Assembly: GCA_002633005.1 (NCBI GenBank)
Contig: NMRA01000991.1
Span: 12,527-76,526, forward strand
Length of the DNA stretch: 64,000 nucleotides
Source: Phoronis australis
Lineage: Eukaryota > Animalia > Phoronida
Reading direction: 5' to 3'
In this document: piece by piece, positions 24,015 through 36,300 of the stretch
How positions within the stretch are numbered: the first letter of the stretch is position 1
Layout of the letters: the number at the start of each line of letters is the position of its first letter
Notes under the pieces: generated by a model
What the model was told of the DNA's origin: nothing
The model's database searches: none
What the model saw: only the letters and a program-made list of their open reading frames with translations
Position numbers and translations under genes: made by a program

Positions 24015-26660
24015 AACCCTCTAGTGGTCTCTACGCACGAAATCCAATATGGCCGCCACCGACAAAAGGAAGTGGCACATTTCACCTATTATTATCACTG
24101 GAGCATATTTTTGGGTGTGAGAAGTTCATTTATGATGATATTTTTATGCTTGAGGCTATTTAAATCTATGTACACTGTCTCTGGACTGAAAATATCAAAC
24201 GCGTGGCCCTGCACATTGTCACTGGATAGAAATGCCAAACGCACGGTTCCGAGCAGATTCACTCTTACATATATTATTTTTGTTGCTTGGAATCAGGCCG
24301 AATACCATGTCTGCAAAGATAATTTAGTTTGACCTATTTTAACTCTTTCAAGACATATCTCCGTACATTGTGTTGAAAACCTTACCTCAAAATGTGGCGA
24401 TAATTCCTTCGAATTTCCTAAAAGAAAGGCCAGCAACTGGTCATTATGTTGCCTTCGCCAAGAAGTGGAAAAACTCTGATAGTGAAAAGAAATTGAGTCC
24501 GAAAAAACGGTGGATCTCACCAATATGCAGCGAGTCTGCTCTGAAAAGTTTCAAAATGAAGACCTGTACAAATATACAGAGCTAGAATTAAAACTGTAGA
24601 AAACACATCAACGGCTAGGCTATAAAATCCAATAACTGGGTGGCACTTGCACATTTAAACACTGCTATTGACGCTGAGGCTGGTGATGTCCAATATCACA
24701 TATATTATACTCATTCATCTGAAAAACAATGCTCGAGCATCCTAGACGTCATGTGTCAAGGGCACTTACGTAAGTCATCAATACGATCCCTTGGTAATCG
24801 CTCATCTAGTAGCGTTTGTGAAGTCCAACCATTACACTTTCAAGCTTGCTGAGTTGAGAAAGATCTATTATCGTCGTCTGCAGCAGCTGAACTATGATTC
24901 GATTGGTGTGTACATGTACATGTATGTGTACCCCAAACGGTTCAAAGAACATGTTATAAAAAACTAGGGTGTGATTTGTCTGAATACTCAATGAGTTGTG
25001 ACATTTACATATCTCATTAGCTGACAGATAGCGCCGCTGTGACAGAGACTGCCCATCTCCAGGTTACGGAGGACGAAGTTAAGAAGATTGCTGAAGCCGG
25101 CGTCATGCATCGTAAATGTAGTCTTCTACCACACGCGCCACTCCACGGATCATTCACTTCAAACAGTTCCAGTGAGCCAGTCCTGAAACCTTTTCTGTCA
25201 AGCAAAGACGTCTTGCTTCAGCGTTCCAACTCTGTTGAGGAGAAAATGACAGAAAACCAAAGGAACATCAGCGCCACAATAGAATCGCATGCACTATGGA
25301 ATGCTTCCATGGGCATGCTCCACGTCTAAGTGGCATCTTAAGGGTATGGAGGCAAACTGCTGGATGGATCTGGATGCGACGACATGCTATCCCTAGCCAA
25401 TGTCTTCATTCTTGTTGTTGCATCATCTCTTTTGGGTGGAAAACATGTCCAGCGTACCGGGTATGCATACCAGCTCACTCTTGCTTGGCTTAATAAGTTA
25501 AAAGAAATTGGCATATGATGAGTCCTCTCATGAAGGCTATGGACCTTACGAACGCTTTGATATGTGGGAAAAACAAGTTAGTAATGCTACAACATTTTGG
25601 TACCAGAAATTTTTGAGAGAGTATCTGCTCATTAACTGTCGCATCATTCCATGTCAGAGGCTGACTATTGACTCAAAAAGCCGTGAAGAAATGTGTCCTT
25701 TTTTTTTTAATTTGGAAATACAGATGACGCACGCTGGAAGCCTGTTTACCTGAGAGATATTGAACAGCTTCCACAGCCCCACCTTTCAGTGCACGAATCT
25801 TTCATGGAAGGGAAATCTGTTGTTCAACGGAATGACAGGAAGTTTTCTTTGATGGCTCTTGACCTAAGCCAAAAGTACGGTATCAAGTTCGTGAAGGGGT
25901 ACAGTGGTGCAAATGGGGCCTATGCCATCAAAAAGAGAAGATAACGATTGAACTCTCAAAGCCAGAAGTGTTGAGGTTAATTGATGAGTTTGAGAATGCA
26001 TGCTTCTCTACATAGAAGCAAGGATATTGGTCAAACCTAATTCATAGAGTTTGTTAAAACAATAACTGATTTCGCTACCGAACCGTTGTCTGACATCATC
26101 CCAAGGACCGAGTTGTTCACTTTCGCCAATAGACCACTCACTGATTTGAAGAGAGGTAGTGACAAGTTGGGATCTACCAAAGCGAAAACGGATTTCATCA
26201 CCAAGATGTTCATGTCGCTCCAAGCACGTCCCTCGCCAAAAAAACCGATACTAAATCCAGGTCAATGGGCCTGGGAATGGAATGATAGAACTTAAAATGG
26301 GTGTCATAATGGGCAGACATAGGGGATATAAGCCAGGCGTGCTCCCTACTTCCCCATTGTGGCTGTGTTGTTACCTGCGAAGGCAATTGTGAGTGTCATC
26401 GAGCTGGCTGTCGGTGTATCACATTGTGCAAATGCGAAGGTGCCTGCAGCAGCAGTGACTCTTAAAGTTGAAATTTCATCTTTCTCAGTGTCTGGTTGCT
26501 TTATAAGTACATGATACAAACTAGCAGCCAGCAGTATTTGGTAGACCATTCTGTTCCTTCAGTTGCTAATATAGTATGTCTCAGTTTAGAAGTACTATCA
26601 TAGTCAGCTGGAGATGTCCTATTTTGTGCAGCTGGTTTTGACGTGGGGTAACTTTAGGTT
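24015..26660 (+). mobile_element. Academ-like DNA transposon relic (deleted transposase)
   Basis: Motifs in order: DAEAGDVQYH (~24670), HESFMEGKSVVQRNDRKFSLMALD (~25794-25863), NPGQWAWEW (~26255-26280), and the C-terminal cluster CGCVVTCEGNCECHRAGCRCITLCKCEGAC (26358-26447). Boundaries approximate. Confidence 0.7.
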
Positions 26661-26974
26661 TTTGAGCGGCGAGTCACATCGATGTACACATTAACTGAGC
26701 AAAGTAACTTCCATGAGGACGAACATAAATTTGAGTATGTAAATACATGGTGAAGAGGTACAGTATTTGTCTGTACGCGGCATGTGTGAGTGAATCGGCT
26801 TGTTGACGTCGGACACAATGTAACAAAGAGGTTAATCAAACATATAATAGGCAAGTTTAGAAAAGGAGCAAGAAGTAAGCAAAAACCTTACAAACAAAGC
26901 GCGAAAAAACTCAGTGGGCCGGTTCGTGCGTTCATCAGATCGATCAACAGATGAGAGAAAACTATGCAACGGTG

Positions 26975-27350
26975 TTTGTGATTTAGTAATACCATGAACA
27001 ATGTGTAGTTATGTGCTTGTTTTGTAATGATGTATTCTTTGTAGATGCCCGGTGTAGATGGCTCAGTGCGATATTATGAAAATTGTATGTTTTTATTCTA
27101 TTCACCAGGTGTGCTTCGTATGTACAATTAGTAATCGTATTTCGCAGTGGTTCTTAACAAATGGAATTTACTACACCAAAGAAACGCTGTTTGCAACTGC
27201 CAATCTACTTATTAGGCATGCATACTGCATCATACTTAATCTAAGTAAAATTAATATCTGCCCGTTCAAAATTGTTTTCTTTTACAAAATTTGATAATGT
27301 ATCGCTGAGAGAATAAGTGGACAACGTCAACGACCAACTGATGCATGTGA
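26975..27350 (+). repeat. Dispersed repeat X (uninterrupted copy)
   Basis: Homologous to 33075-33378 joined to 38404-38580, e.g. GGTGTAGATGGCTCAGTG.GATATTATG and AACTGCC.ATCT...TATTAG.CAT.CATA.TGCATCATAC. Confidence 0.8.
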
Positions 27351-29435
27351 CTAGTGCAGATTTTAATGTCAACGATGCATGCAAACGAAATGGGAAAAAT
27401 GCAATTAGTATTATTTGCAGATAACCTAAAAATGAATTGCAGTACATTAAAAAGTCATTGGCGATTCAGAATCAGCATGCCACTGATTCTCTGAATAACA
27501 TGCGGAGCTCAGGTACCCTGCAACTATGGTGATGACCAGCTACTGACTATATTCTTTGTATCCCTCACTTCACTTGATGGATGTTACCTGACCTGTATGT
27601 TGGCACTTGTTGTCCTTCCTAAATATGATCCTGATGATGTCTAATGAATTGACGAAACGTTGCTTGAACAAGAACTTTTTTGTGTGGCGATCGTCCGGCA
27701 TTTGTTCTTTGTTTAGTAGAATTAATAAAGTTACATTTAGGTATTTCACTCACATGAATACGACACGAAATATTCCTTATCGGTAACAAGAGAATAACAG
27801 AAACTACCATCGATCCAAGAAAACGTGTCGGGGAGTTAATATAAAGGGGGTTGCGGAAATCGAATTCTATTACCATAAGGCCTATTATAAGGTCAATTTT
27901 ATGAGAATTAATAATTGCATCATAGGTTCTTGAACTAAGATGCAACCATCTGAGCGCTGATCGAAACAACATGTGTGTATCAACATGCATTTTATTGATT
28001 TTGTTTCCTAGGGTTGATAAGAAAAGTCCGTTTCATTCCATTGATTGTTTTCTTTTCGAGAACCCAAGTCGGCTTTTCACCTGAAACAAATTACAGATAG
28101 AAACACAATATTGCTTTGCTATTTAACTTCACTTTAATATTGGAACCGATGCAGTCGTAAACTCTTCTCGAAGACTATTTTGGCTTTTGCGTAACTGTCG
28201 GCTAAAATAAATTTTACGAATGACTAGGCCTGTTTCGACAAGACAGACTAAGGCTGAGAGTCATTAAATCTCTAAACATCTCCAAGTTAAAAGATATATA
28301 CCCGTTGTCCACATAACAAGACAGAATAAAAAAACTGTTCGAGAAGGTCAGACAACAATCGATTTCCATCTGTTCTCAGAGTTTTGAATAACAATTGAAG
28401 GCAACAATCAGAAAGTTTTTCCAGGAACTCGTCCCTTAAGTGTGAGGGGACTGGAGCGCGGGTGATGTAGGCCATTTTCCATTCTTATGTGTGCACAAAG
28501 TGTGTTTTAAATAGGTATGGAACACAGAAGCTCATTAAATTACCTTTTAAAAATTCCTGACTAACGCACCAATTTACATTACCTAATACATAGTAATTCA
28601 CACACTCGTGTGATGAAATTTTCAGAAAAAATATCACAAGTTCATTAGATCTGAACTACGCGCGAATGAAAAACTCTGAGTTTACGACAGAGTTTCTAAT
28701 CTCTATATAACATTTACGGTAACTTAATGTATGCGCATGCGTTCATAGTCAAATGCTTGAAGTCGCTTGAGGTTAAATCTCACACTTTCTACACACGTTT
28801 AAGGAAAGTGGCTTACGTCAATGTCTTGTCATATCAAATAAGGATATGTGCTTGGCCTTGTGAGAAAAAGAATCAACAACTGAAGTACGGTGGCGAACAG
28901 ATGACCAATCGAAAGTTGAAAACTAAACAAGAGTGCGTTGATATCAGCAGAAGATCGAAATCATTACGAACAAACCCAAAATATCCGGTTAGCAGGCTGA
29001 ATTGCGTTTCAGTGTCAGCGAGAGTCTTTCTTTCAATGTCCAACCTTAGTCAGTTTTTTGAGTTCCCGGTTTCTTTAATCACCATCAACCTAAATAAATG
29101 GTCCCAGATGTCCGCAATGCGTCAGGAGAACCCGTGAATTCCACAATGTGTATATTTAAAATACAGATTTAAAAGTGACTGAGCACTTACAAAGAAGGAG
29201 CTTCCATCTCCATGGCATCGTGGACATGATTGCTCAAAAGGAGGTGTCGTCAAGCATGCCACAGTGCCGGGTGTCAAAGAGTCATTGCCTAACTTCTCTA
29301 TTGGTGAGGGACAATTATATTTCCCAAAGAAGTGTCAACAACATGCACAATTGCAGCGTCAGCTACTTGAAAGAAGAGTGTGTATTCCCACTTTAATAAA
29401 TACACCAAATAGATGCTGGGATACCATGCACTTAC

Positions 29436-29454
29436 CGAAGGATCAGAACATAAA
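29436..29454 (-). CDS. Candidate 19-nt micro-exon downstream of the kringle exon at 45618
   Basis: The minus strand reads TTTGCCATTTTCAATAG|TTTATGTTCTGATCCTTCG|GTAAGT. Phase 1->2 reading gives VYVLILR. Same length and phase as the 19-nt exon that follows the other kringle. Confidence 0.35.
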
Positions 29455-31949
29455 CTATTGAAAATGGCAAAGGCTAATATACATGTATATTAAAATATTC
29501 CCAACTGCCTGTTATAATGACCGATGTTATTCATGTTGCCTTCTGTATACCATCATGTGGTCAACCTTGTAAATTTAATCCATAAATTCGGCACTCTGTA
29601 TTTTATACCCTTGAGAAAGTGCGCATCGTTCGAAACGTGGGGAATATATTTTAGTACCGGCGTGTTACCACTAAACAGATTTGAGCGCGACAATCAGTAA
29701 CTCTCACCGAATTATTAGTAAAATTTAGCTGTAGACCAGGGATAAAAGATGTTTTCGCCAAACACTGCTGTTTTAGAATGATACACCGTATTCAGTTAAC
29801 ACAAATACGCACTTGCCAAGACGGATATTAACTTACACGTAACGAAGTTTCCAATACACGACAGTGCCAACAAGGATGTGGAGAGACATCTGCGTGTTGG
29901 GCTTAACATTATCTGCGTGAGCAACCGCTCCAACGGCCAGAGTGTGGTCGGTATCTGTTAAATGAAGAAGACTATACTAACATGGTTGAGAATATGACTC
30001 AGCGGTTGTGGCTTGCATGTCAGGTGACACTAATTATTTTGGATAACATTGCATATACACCCCGCGAACTCGCAAACCCTAAAATAATGTTTCAAGACTA
30101 ATAATCTATCAACGGATTTAGGTGTGCTTGCACCACGTACAAACTTCACCATGCAGATATATAACTACTATGTATTGGTTAAATCTGCTGCGACCTCTAC
30201 CGGCTGGTCATATCTTCTGGGTAGATTAAACTGCATAGGATCTGACAAGTTTTCCAGTTTAAAGACAGAAGAACAACCTTTATTCTAAAAGGCTCGTCTT
30301 GTTCTATTCGACTGTGTTGGTATCTGGATCGAATGGGCGTTCTTTAGACTTTTCCAGTGGCAACATTTCAGTACTCGTTTTAGCTATTCCGTTGGCCTCT
30401 ACAGCACACATCACGAATTTTTGTCCGCCCGGTCGGAAATTGGTCGACGGCTAGTCGTCGACCGGTCGGCAAATTAGCCGACCGGTCGGCTAAAAATTAG
30501 CCGACCGGCAGCCGCCCGCAGTGCTGACTCATAAGGCAACTCCCCAGCCGACCATTCAGCCGACCCTTCAGCCGACCGGCCATCAGCCGAACAGCTGGTC
30601 GGCTGCAATTTTTAGGCTAGAGTACCAGTTGCGTAAAAGGTTGTCAGGCTGACACCACTTTGCGTGTCGATGCATATTCGTCTAAGCACGGGGTCAAATC
30701 AATTAACCTAGTTTTACTGTCTCGGTTACATGAGTTCACGTCGGTTGTGTAACACCACTAATTCGAAGGTTGAAGGCAAGAGGCAATAGTAAACATTGGA
30801 ATATGGACAATGCAACAAGTTTTTTATGAAAAACGTGAAAGTTTTCTTTACATTTGATCTTTAATTTGACTCGTGACGTTAACAAGATGTATTAGATTGG
30901 TTGTTTCCCGGTCAATACAACGCTGTAGTCATTTTGTAAACGCAGCTATTTTTAGCAGTCTTCGCCCGCATTTGATTTTGTTTGTGTAACGCCAAACTGC
31001 ATCTTTTTGCGTTTTTTAAGTTAATCACCGATCTCCTATCACGCGCTCATGATGATCGATTAGTGAGTGAGTTGTTACACCGCGAAGAGCTCTCACTCCG
31101 GGGATTTCATTTTCATAGTATTGACCCTCACTTGCAGTACAGACTCGCGAAATTCACGGTCCAGTATGCCCTAAACCCACGGACTTCGATGGCTCTAACT
31201 TCGAAATCATATTATGGTTACGATTTCCACGAACTAAGACGTTGACATCACCACTGTTGAGGCTGCAGGCAATTGAAGCTTTGCGCATTCCGTTTTCATG
31301 TTTCGGTGACGTTAAAATCCGGGCTAGCAGTTACATGTATACACGTAGTCCCCTATCAGTTGGTCGTTCACGTTGTTCCAAAAATAAATATTTTCTGTCA
31401 ACAACATATTGACAAAATATGCAAAATAAAACAATTGTGAACGGGAAGATGTGAATACGTGGTGAAGAAGTATTCACTACGCGGCATATGTGCGCGAACC
31501 TTTGGTAAAGCGATTGCGATGGCAAAAAAATGATAGAAAATACACAAAGGTGCACTTTTGAGAAGCAAAGCGTCTGGTGATATTGATAGCGTATGATCTG
31601 GCCACCTTAGGTAGTAAGTGACGCTGAATGAGAAGTGGCAACTACAAAATAAAAATAAAAAATAAATAAATCATGCTTGAATATATATCGCCACCCACCC
31701 CCCTCCTTTGCACATTCTAATGAGTCACCACTCGAGATTTGGTTCCATTTCAGTCCCAAAATCGCAGAATAATTCTTCTGTTCTCAGCTGTAAGAAAAAA
31801 TACTAATTTTTAAAATGGTGCTAAGTCTTAAAAAATATTCCAGCATGAAATGAAATGCCAAGCACACGCAGCGTTGTAAGACAGAGACGTTGGCGTTTCC
31901 GTATGTCCACAAAAGTGCTTTGAGCACTGTGTACAAATTTGTTCATTTC

Positions 31950-32560
31950 GCTTTTCTACATTGACGACTATGGTCAACACGGTGTTTTAAAAAAATACAC
32001 TTTTGAGGGCAATTTCAAAAATAAATGTTTGGTTGATGAATTCAGCGAGTCGGTGTCCACGGGCAGAAAACGGTATCTGCGTAAAGAAAGAGTTGCGTTT
32101 TCAAAACATTCAGAGCATGAGCTCAAGGACTACCTGAGACTGGTATTCTTGTCCAATGAATATATACATGTAGCTCTTGGAAAACTGTTACCCCGAAGAA
32201 ATGTGCAAAATACGAACGTCATTTACGGAAGGTTGTACTAGAAGTGATTCGTTGCAGTGGAGCAGCCACGGGATAGTAAAAACACTGTGCTGTACACTTG
32301 TTAGCTGAATGGAAAGCTGAAGCGAAAACATCCAGAACACACATTTTCTATTCAGGAATTGAAATCTCTGTAGAATCAAAAACAATTGACAACCAGGATT
32401 CACTGTGCCAGAAAACTTATCACGCCAGGAGAGAGAGTTGTTTTCTTGCCCGGAGGCTACGTGATCACCCATTTTGCAATGGTGACAATCCAGTGTGTAC
32501 CTATACATTGGCATCTATTGTAAAACGTGGATTAGACGAAAGAAATTCAACCGCATTTCC
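31950..32560 (+). mobile_element. Possible decayed pogo/Tc5-type transposase fragment
   Basis: RKRYLRK...HSEHELKDY (CENP-B-type HTH-like), SLCQK and FCNGDNPV (NxDETP-like) appear in the expected order. Weak. Confidence 0.3.
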
Positions 32561-32719
32561 AAGATAATAGGTCTGTTGTCGGCGAGAGGTTGAACATATA
32601 GCCCTTGTTTATATGTATACATGTAGTACGGACAATATCACTTTGAAAGATCCATGCTTGGGGATGGTGACGTGGTGTTCTGGCGTGAAAGTTACTGACT
32701 TCGTAAGTTTTTGAAACTG

Positions 32720-32960
32720 ACTTATTAAATTTTCAGTTCGGTCGTATTTTATTTTGATCCTGAAGTTAAGAATTTTTGGTCCTCACTTGATAAATTATAG
32801 GTGCTGATGTGATAAATTTTCAGCCTTGACGTGGTGAATTTTGGTCTTTATTTGCTCTGTGGTCTTCTGTGTGAAAACAATCTCAATGTATTGGATTGTT
32901 TTAATTCCCGCTTAAGTAAAATTTCTGGTTTTGAGATATTTATTTTTAGTCCTGGAGAGT
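32720..32960. repeat. Degenerate ~21-22-bp tandem repeat
   Basis: Recurrent (T)GATAAATTTT(C/T)(A/G)GTCCT-like units. Confidence 0.45.
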
Positions 32961-33378
32961 TTACATGTTTTGCTTGGTTTTAATCTTCCATAGAAAATAT
33001 ATGCCGTTAAATGTTGTAAATAGGCCTCCCATAAATGTGGGAGAGCAGGTTGTGTAGCATCGTATTATGTATCTAGGTGTTCGTGATTTAGTAATACTAT
33101 GAAAAATGAGTAGTTATGACTATGAAAAATGAGTAGCTGAGGCTTCCTTTGAAATACTGTATCCTTTGTATATGCCTGGTGTAGATGGCTCAGTGTGATA
33201 TTATGTAAGCTTTATTATCCTCTATGGCTTAACAACTATATATCTTCATCCATGCCAGTAATAGAGGTACTCCCAGGATCATCAAGCATGTGTATGTTTT
33301 TATTCTAATGAGTCGTGCTTCGAATGTACAATAAGTAATCATACTTTTGCAGTGGTTCATAACAAACGGATTTATTAA

Positions 33379-36300
33379 GTATCAGTCCACGGATCCACCG
33401 ACCACTGTACAGCCAACAAGCGGCAAGGTGGGGGGTCAGCCATTCAGATCCATGTTTAGCCTGATAAATCACATTAGGGATGAGAGAGATTGGGTGAAGT
33501 ATGACACCACAAAGTTTGGTGGTTTAGGAGATACAAGGGAAGTGTTCTTGTGGGCAAAATGAGGCAATTTCTTGGTGTGGAACGAGTCATTTTTGACCAA
33601 ATTTTCTACTCCAGTTTCTGCTTCAAACAGAATCGTTTCTGAACAATTTTGTTATCACATGCTAGGTTCATGACCAATGTCAGCAAAAATGGCACCGACA
33701 CTGCAATATCGGTTACCATGGTAACACTGGAACTGTTTCCGTGGAGGTACATTTCCTTCTTGTGAAAAACCAGCAGTAAGTTGTACCCTTATAGCGAAGC
33801 TGCCCCCGCGAGAAAACTAAAAATAATAACATGGACATGTAGAAGACTCCATGCCCTTGAAATTAATACAATAAAAACTTTGTCAGCCCTTCAGGCAGGC
33901 TTGGTAATAGGTGTCTGAATTTCACTATTTTCAGACCGCGTATGTGTATTTGTCATGTTAAACCAGTCACTAGTTGTGCGCCGTGTCTACGCATTAATAT
34001 GCCGTGGTATAATACAACAATTAAAAGAATTGGTTTGCTTAAATGTTTTTAATTAATTGTTAAGACACTAGCATTTCCCACTAAAATATGAAATTATACT
34101 AAATTTGTTCATCCAACTCGTCTGAATACCAAACTAAAGCTTACAATGCGTTAGTTGAATGATGGCTGACCTAAAGTGCGGGTTTGCGAATTTATCTATT
34201 TATCTGGCACTGCCAGTCGCATCGAATGTGGTATTTCTACAAATTGCGGAGAGAAACAACTTTGGAAACTCTTGGGAAATGCACAAGGTATAGAGCGAGA
34301 CATTTGAGCACCTTATAAGAGTACGTGGAGCTGATGTGGAGGTGGAACGTGTCCTCCTGAGTAGTAGTCTGTCTCAGTGTCTGCCTCGGAGGCAGGTGTG
34401 GAGCAGGAGCTACATAATCTACCTTATTAGATTCACTTGCCCGAATCATCGTTACAACACTCGAGATATATTGCTGTCGCCAAAGACACTGAGAACATCC
34501 ACTGCACACTAGAGGAGAAATCTGATAGAGCCTGATAGAGGTCTGAAAAATGACCAAAGACGTTAAGTCAAGGTTCAACGTCCTGCTTCGTGTGAGCTCA
34601 GGTAGGAATCACTAAACTCCAGGGTCTGACCCTGAGGAATATTTTTAGAAGCACGTCATTCATGCAAAAATACTTTTATTGTCACACCGTGATTGCTTAT
34701 AACTTGGGCCTTATTGCTTAATCATATCTTATTCAAATGTGTTGATGTTTATGCAACTACACGTATACATTGGCATAGAAAATAGGTAGTCATCATAACT
34801 TTTCATAACAACCACCAAATGTGTAACATGACTTCTGCCCATGAACTACTTTTAGAGACTAGGGAGTATGTTATGTCTGCCAATGAATTTCTGCGATTAT
34901 GAAGTTAATTAAACATGCTAAAGCCGTCAAAAATATTGGTGCCTTCACTTTAGCTTGGTATTCATATTTTCTGAGCCGAAATGGCCACATTAAATTTAAT
35001 ATGTTTAATTTTTTCATTAATACAATTTTAGGAATCAGGAAAGGCTTATGCTGAAGAAGTGGCTTCTGCTGAAGTTGGAGACTTGCCGATTATTAGTAAA
35101 GTTTGGGTATGGAAAAGTTCACAACCAGCAAGAAGGTACCCTTCTGGACAACTAAGTGAGGGGGCTAGAGAGAGGCCGTAAAGTCTACTCCCAGAAGATA
35201 TGTCAAAGAGAATTTGTAGCTTGAGGAACGAGTCGGGGGAAAAAGTATTTGCCAAAGATTACTGGCTTATACCACAACAGGTCCAAAGTAATTTGTTGAG
35301 ATAGGCCACTCTCAGCAAATGTGGGGAAACTGGGACAGAGGAAGTGGAGTATGCATTGAAAGAGGCAATCTGCGATTGTCAAGGATGTAGCATTGTAAAA
35401 ATTCAAAGGGAGGAAACAGTACAGTGGCTGGACCTGTAAATACTCTGGCTGATCTGCTAAATCCAGTGGGGGCATTATTGTATCAGCACAGCTGTGTAGG
35501 GAAGTAGGCTTGTGTGTTGTCGCAAGCTTTGTTTGCACCAGAACTGCTTGTGTGAACAGCACAAATCTAAAATTTACCTAGTCTAAGACTGAATTTTTCT
35601 CCGGGCACGGATCATGATCCTGGGCCACATGGTAATGGTACATTGTTCATTTTGTTTAGCCACTGGATTTTTTGGTCTGACAGGATTTCTCAGTGTGGCC
35701 ATCACATTTAGATGATTTCTGACCACTGTACTGTTCCTTTTCCTTGAAGATGCATAATTGATCTGAATTTATGTTTCCGCATTTTATTTACCATTATAGA
35801 TTTTTGTTTGTAAATGGGTATATATTACTGAAATTTGAGACCCTGTTGCAGTTAGGCTGGTTTTGTTAACTTATCTTTCTACCTGGGTTGTAAACCCATA
35901 TTCTGTCCAGGAGGTAATAAGTTTTGATTTAGACCATTTACCTCTATAAACTTTGCTCAGTTTGTTCCTTATCCAGATGGGAAGTGATTTCTGGAATTGT
36001 AGCGAATTGACAGTTTGCTATTCCTTGAGACCATGCTGTGTGTATAAAATCGCACACTATTAGTCTGGTCTTTAGCAATTGCATATTGCCAGATCTTTCA
36101 AAGTTCTGAAATTGCTCAAAAGTGACCTGGAAGTAATACCTATTTCGTGATGGTAAAATATCTAAATCAAAAGTTGTTTTATGTGATTTTAGGCGAGTTT
36201 ATGTCCACTTCAAATGATTTTTTGTTGCAGTACTGAAAAGTATTGGCACATTAGCTCTGGTGGCTCCTTGTTTTTTTGGCAAATTGACCATTTTATGGTT

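Noticed and set aside
29191-29330. Minus-strand CPRCHGDG (DnaJ-type CxxCxGxG) next to a GTAAGT donor
   Set aside because: It is a single motif with an upstream stop and no convincing acceptor.
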